From Eledone cirrhosa (Eukaryota): 42,801 nucleotides of DNA. The stretch covers positions 1 through 42,801 of the forward strand of contig CAXHJY010001717.1 of assembly GCA_964016885.1 (NCBI GenBank), written 5' to 3'. The position numbers and the translations under genes are program-made. Below the pieces are notes generated by a model that was not told the origin of the DNA, made no database searches, and was given only the letters and a program-made list of their open reading frames with translations. Of the stretch, positions 37,566 through 42,801 are shown piece by piece. Within the stretch, counting starts at the first letter, position 1, and each line of letters begins with the position of its first letter.

Positions 37566-39136
37566 TTAAATTATTACACCCAAAAGACTTAAAACTTAGA
37601 CCTATTATAGCTGGTCCAACATGCCCCACTCACCGTCTAAGCAATTTTGTTGACATTATTTTGAAACCACTATGTATTCACATACCCAGTTTCATCAGGG
37701 ATGATATCGACTTCCTGTCCCATCTTCCCAAAACCACGGAAACGAATTCACTTCTACTCAGTTTTGATGTGGTAAGCCTTTACACCAACATTACACATGA
37801 TTTAGGAATAAAGGCGGTTAAATACTGGGTGGAAAAACATAGAGAAGTGATTCCCATTAGATTCACAGCGCCATTTATATTAGACGCAGTTAAACTTATT
37901 CTGGAAAACAACACTTTCTTCTTCAATGGAAAGAATTACATCCAAATTAGAGGCACAGCGATGGGAACGAAGTTTGCTCCCGTTTACGCGAACTCTGTAA
38001 TGGGATACTTAGAACAACAACTCTACCAAGAAATAGAGGAAAAATATAGTACTGACTTTAGAAAGTACATTGAAAAATCTTGGAAGAGATACCTTGACGA
38101 CTGTTTCATCATCTGGACAGAATCTTTAGATACTCTGGATGAGTTCAATATCCTCCTGAATAACCTACACCCATCTCTCCAATTCACAAAAGAGATGAGT
38201 AGGACCAAATTACCATTCCTAGATATAATGATAATCAAAAACGACACCACCATTACCACGGATATATATTATAAACACACAGACACCCATCAATATCTGA
38301 ATTTCAAGTCGTGCCATCCACCTCATACAAAACGCAACATCCCATACTGCCTAGCCAGAAGAATTTGTACCATTGTAGAAGATACGAATACCAGGTACAA
38401 ACGCCTAACAGAACTAAGAGAATTTTTGCTCAAACAAAAATACCCATCTCTACTTATAGAAAATGGCATACAGCGGGCTATAAAAATACCTATACAACAA
38501 CTTAGAACAACCCAAAGAAGAAGAAACCAAGAACTGGTCATACCATTTATAATGACACACAACCCATGTCACCAGAATATCTTCAACACTGCCAAAGCAA
38601 ACCTACCGATCATTGCTCAAAGTAATGAATTAAAAGGCTTAATCACAGATCGATCTTTGACTCTTAGTAAAAGACAGCCAAAAAATTTGAAGCAATTGCT
38701 AACAAAAGCAAAGTTTGACCTTAACAACAAAGACCAATCATTCACTGTATCTAAATGCAATGATAATCGATGCGGCACATGTCAATCCATACACGCCGGT
38801 CAATATATGAAAACAAAAACTGGAAAAATATTCACAAATGCAAATATGAACTGCAAAAGCAGAAATCTAATTTACTGCATTAAATGCCCGAATTGTGAAG
38901 AACTATATGTCGGTCAAACTGGAAATGCACTATCGGAACGTGCACGGGTACACCGTCAACAAATCAGAGACCCAAATGTCCGTCAGATACCCCTAAGCGG
39001 CCACCTGGCAACATGTGGTCAGGGAATATTTATAATATTCCCATTCTACAAATTACACAGCCCAAATGAAATCAAGAGAAAAATCAAAGAAAAGAATTTT
39101 ATTGATAAATTCAAACCCAAGCTAAATGAACAATAA
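37566..39136 (+). CDS. 5'-truncated but uninterrupted PLE protein: RT, thumb, Cys linker, GIY-YIG endonuclease
   Basis: LRPIIA, FDVVSLYTNI, GTAMG, RYLDD, LPFLD, CNDNRCGTC, NLIYCIKCPNCEELYVGQT...R...H. The first ~41 aa of ORF 37442-39136 are only antisense read-through from the inverted arm. Confidence 0.93.
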
Positions 39137-39299
39137 TAACGCCTAGGGGTATTACTTCTACTACCACTATGACCACGACCACTAACAACAACAACAACAA
39201 CAATAATAATAATAATAAAAGTGATGTTGATGGTGATGATTAATAGAAAATGCTATTTTCATCATTTCAAAAAAGCAAAACAATTGATACGTTGGATAT

Positions 39300-39475
39300 G
39301 ACTATTGGTCGTTAGCATGCTCAACCAGCCGTGACGCTTAAACCAATCAGCTGTAGTAATTCAGTGAAACTACACACTGATTGGTCGAAATACAGTTTAC
39401 AGGGCTTTGCATTCTGGAGCCACTTTTCTCTGTATAAAATGTATAAAAGGTAGGAAATTTACCCATCTCATTACA
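39300..39475 (+). promoter_or_regulatory. Putative pseudo-LTR promoter (three CCAAT/ATTGG boxes, TATAAAA, Inr-like)
   Basis: ATTGG 39304, CCAAT 39343, ATTGG 39380, TATAAAA 39433 and 39442, TCATT ~39468. Confidence 0.55.
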
Positions 39476-39511
39476 GTTGAAAATTGCAAACTCGATTGTC
39501 ACCACATATCA

Positions 39512-39550
39512 TGAACCTGAAGATTGCGAAAGCATGAAAGTACTTGTTCA
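39512..39550 (+). ncRNA. Minimal type I hammerhead ribozyme (right arm)
   Basis: TGAAC-CTGAAGA-t-TGC-gaaa-GCA-t-GAAA-GTAC-TT^GTTCA; palindromic stem III AGTACT. Confidence 0.87.
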
Positions 39551-39719
39551 ATTAACACTTAGAATTTAATATTCTATCATACTATTTCATTATAATACCA
39601 TTATATATATTTTAAAGGATTGTAAATAAAACGAGTAAATCAGACAAAGTTGGAATTCCTCTTATTAATATAATCTTCTATACACAATCATACACACCCG
39701 TGTATATTTACCTATCTAT

Positions 39720-42801
<3,082 letters not shown>

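Overview
AT-rich, microsatellite-laden eukaryotic DNA with no recognisable host gene. The abundant tRNA-derived SINE suggests a cephalopod, probably Octopus (inference). The left part holds a decayed Tx1/L1 LINE (-) interrupted by a near full-length, frameshifted CRE-clade retrotransposon (+) with a PHD-type finger, RT and restriction-like endonuclease. The middle holds four 3' CRE fragments, about 12 SINEs, RTE LINE scraps, four copies of a 195-bp MITE with 6-bp TSDs, a Tc1/mariner MITE and piggyBac/mariner relics. The most interesting part is 30.4-39.7 kb: four consecutive fold-back insertions in (TA)n, all with 3' ends facing outward. (1) A Penelope-like element (PLE) whose 217-bp arms carry a hammerhead ribozyme (HHR) with a U3-A8 core and apparent TATA/Inr motifs inside loop II. 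(2) A non-coding ~420-bp tandem repeat with three minimal HHRs, resembling a retrozyme. (3) A 316-bp palindrome of two head-to-head tRNA-like genes. (4) A young Neptune-like PLE (RT + GIY-YIG) with 1537-bp arms, each with a minimal HHR. Eight HHR motifs were read by eye, plus one half copy and one degenerate candidate. Long IYIY/CVCV ORFs are microsatellite artefacts.
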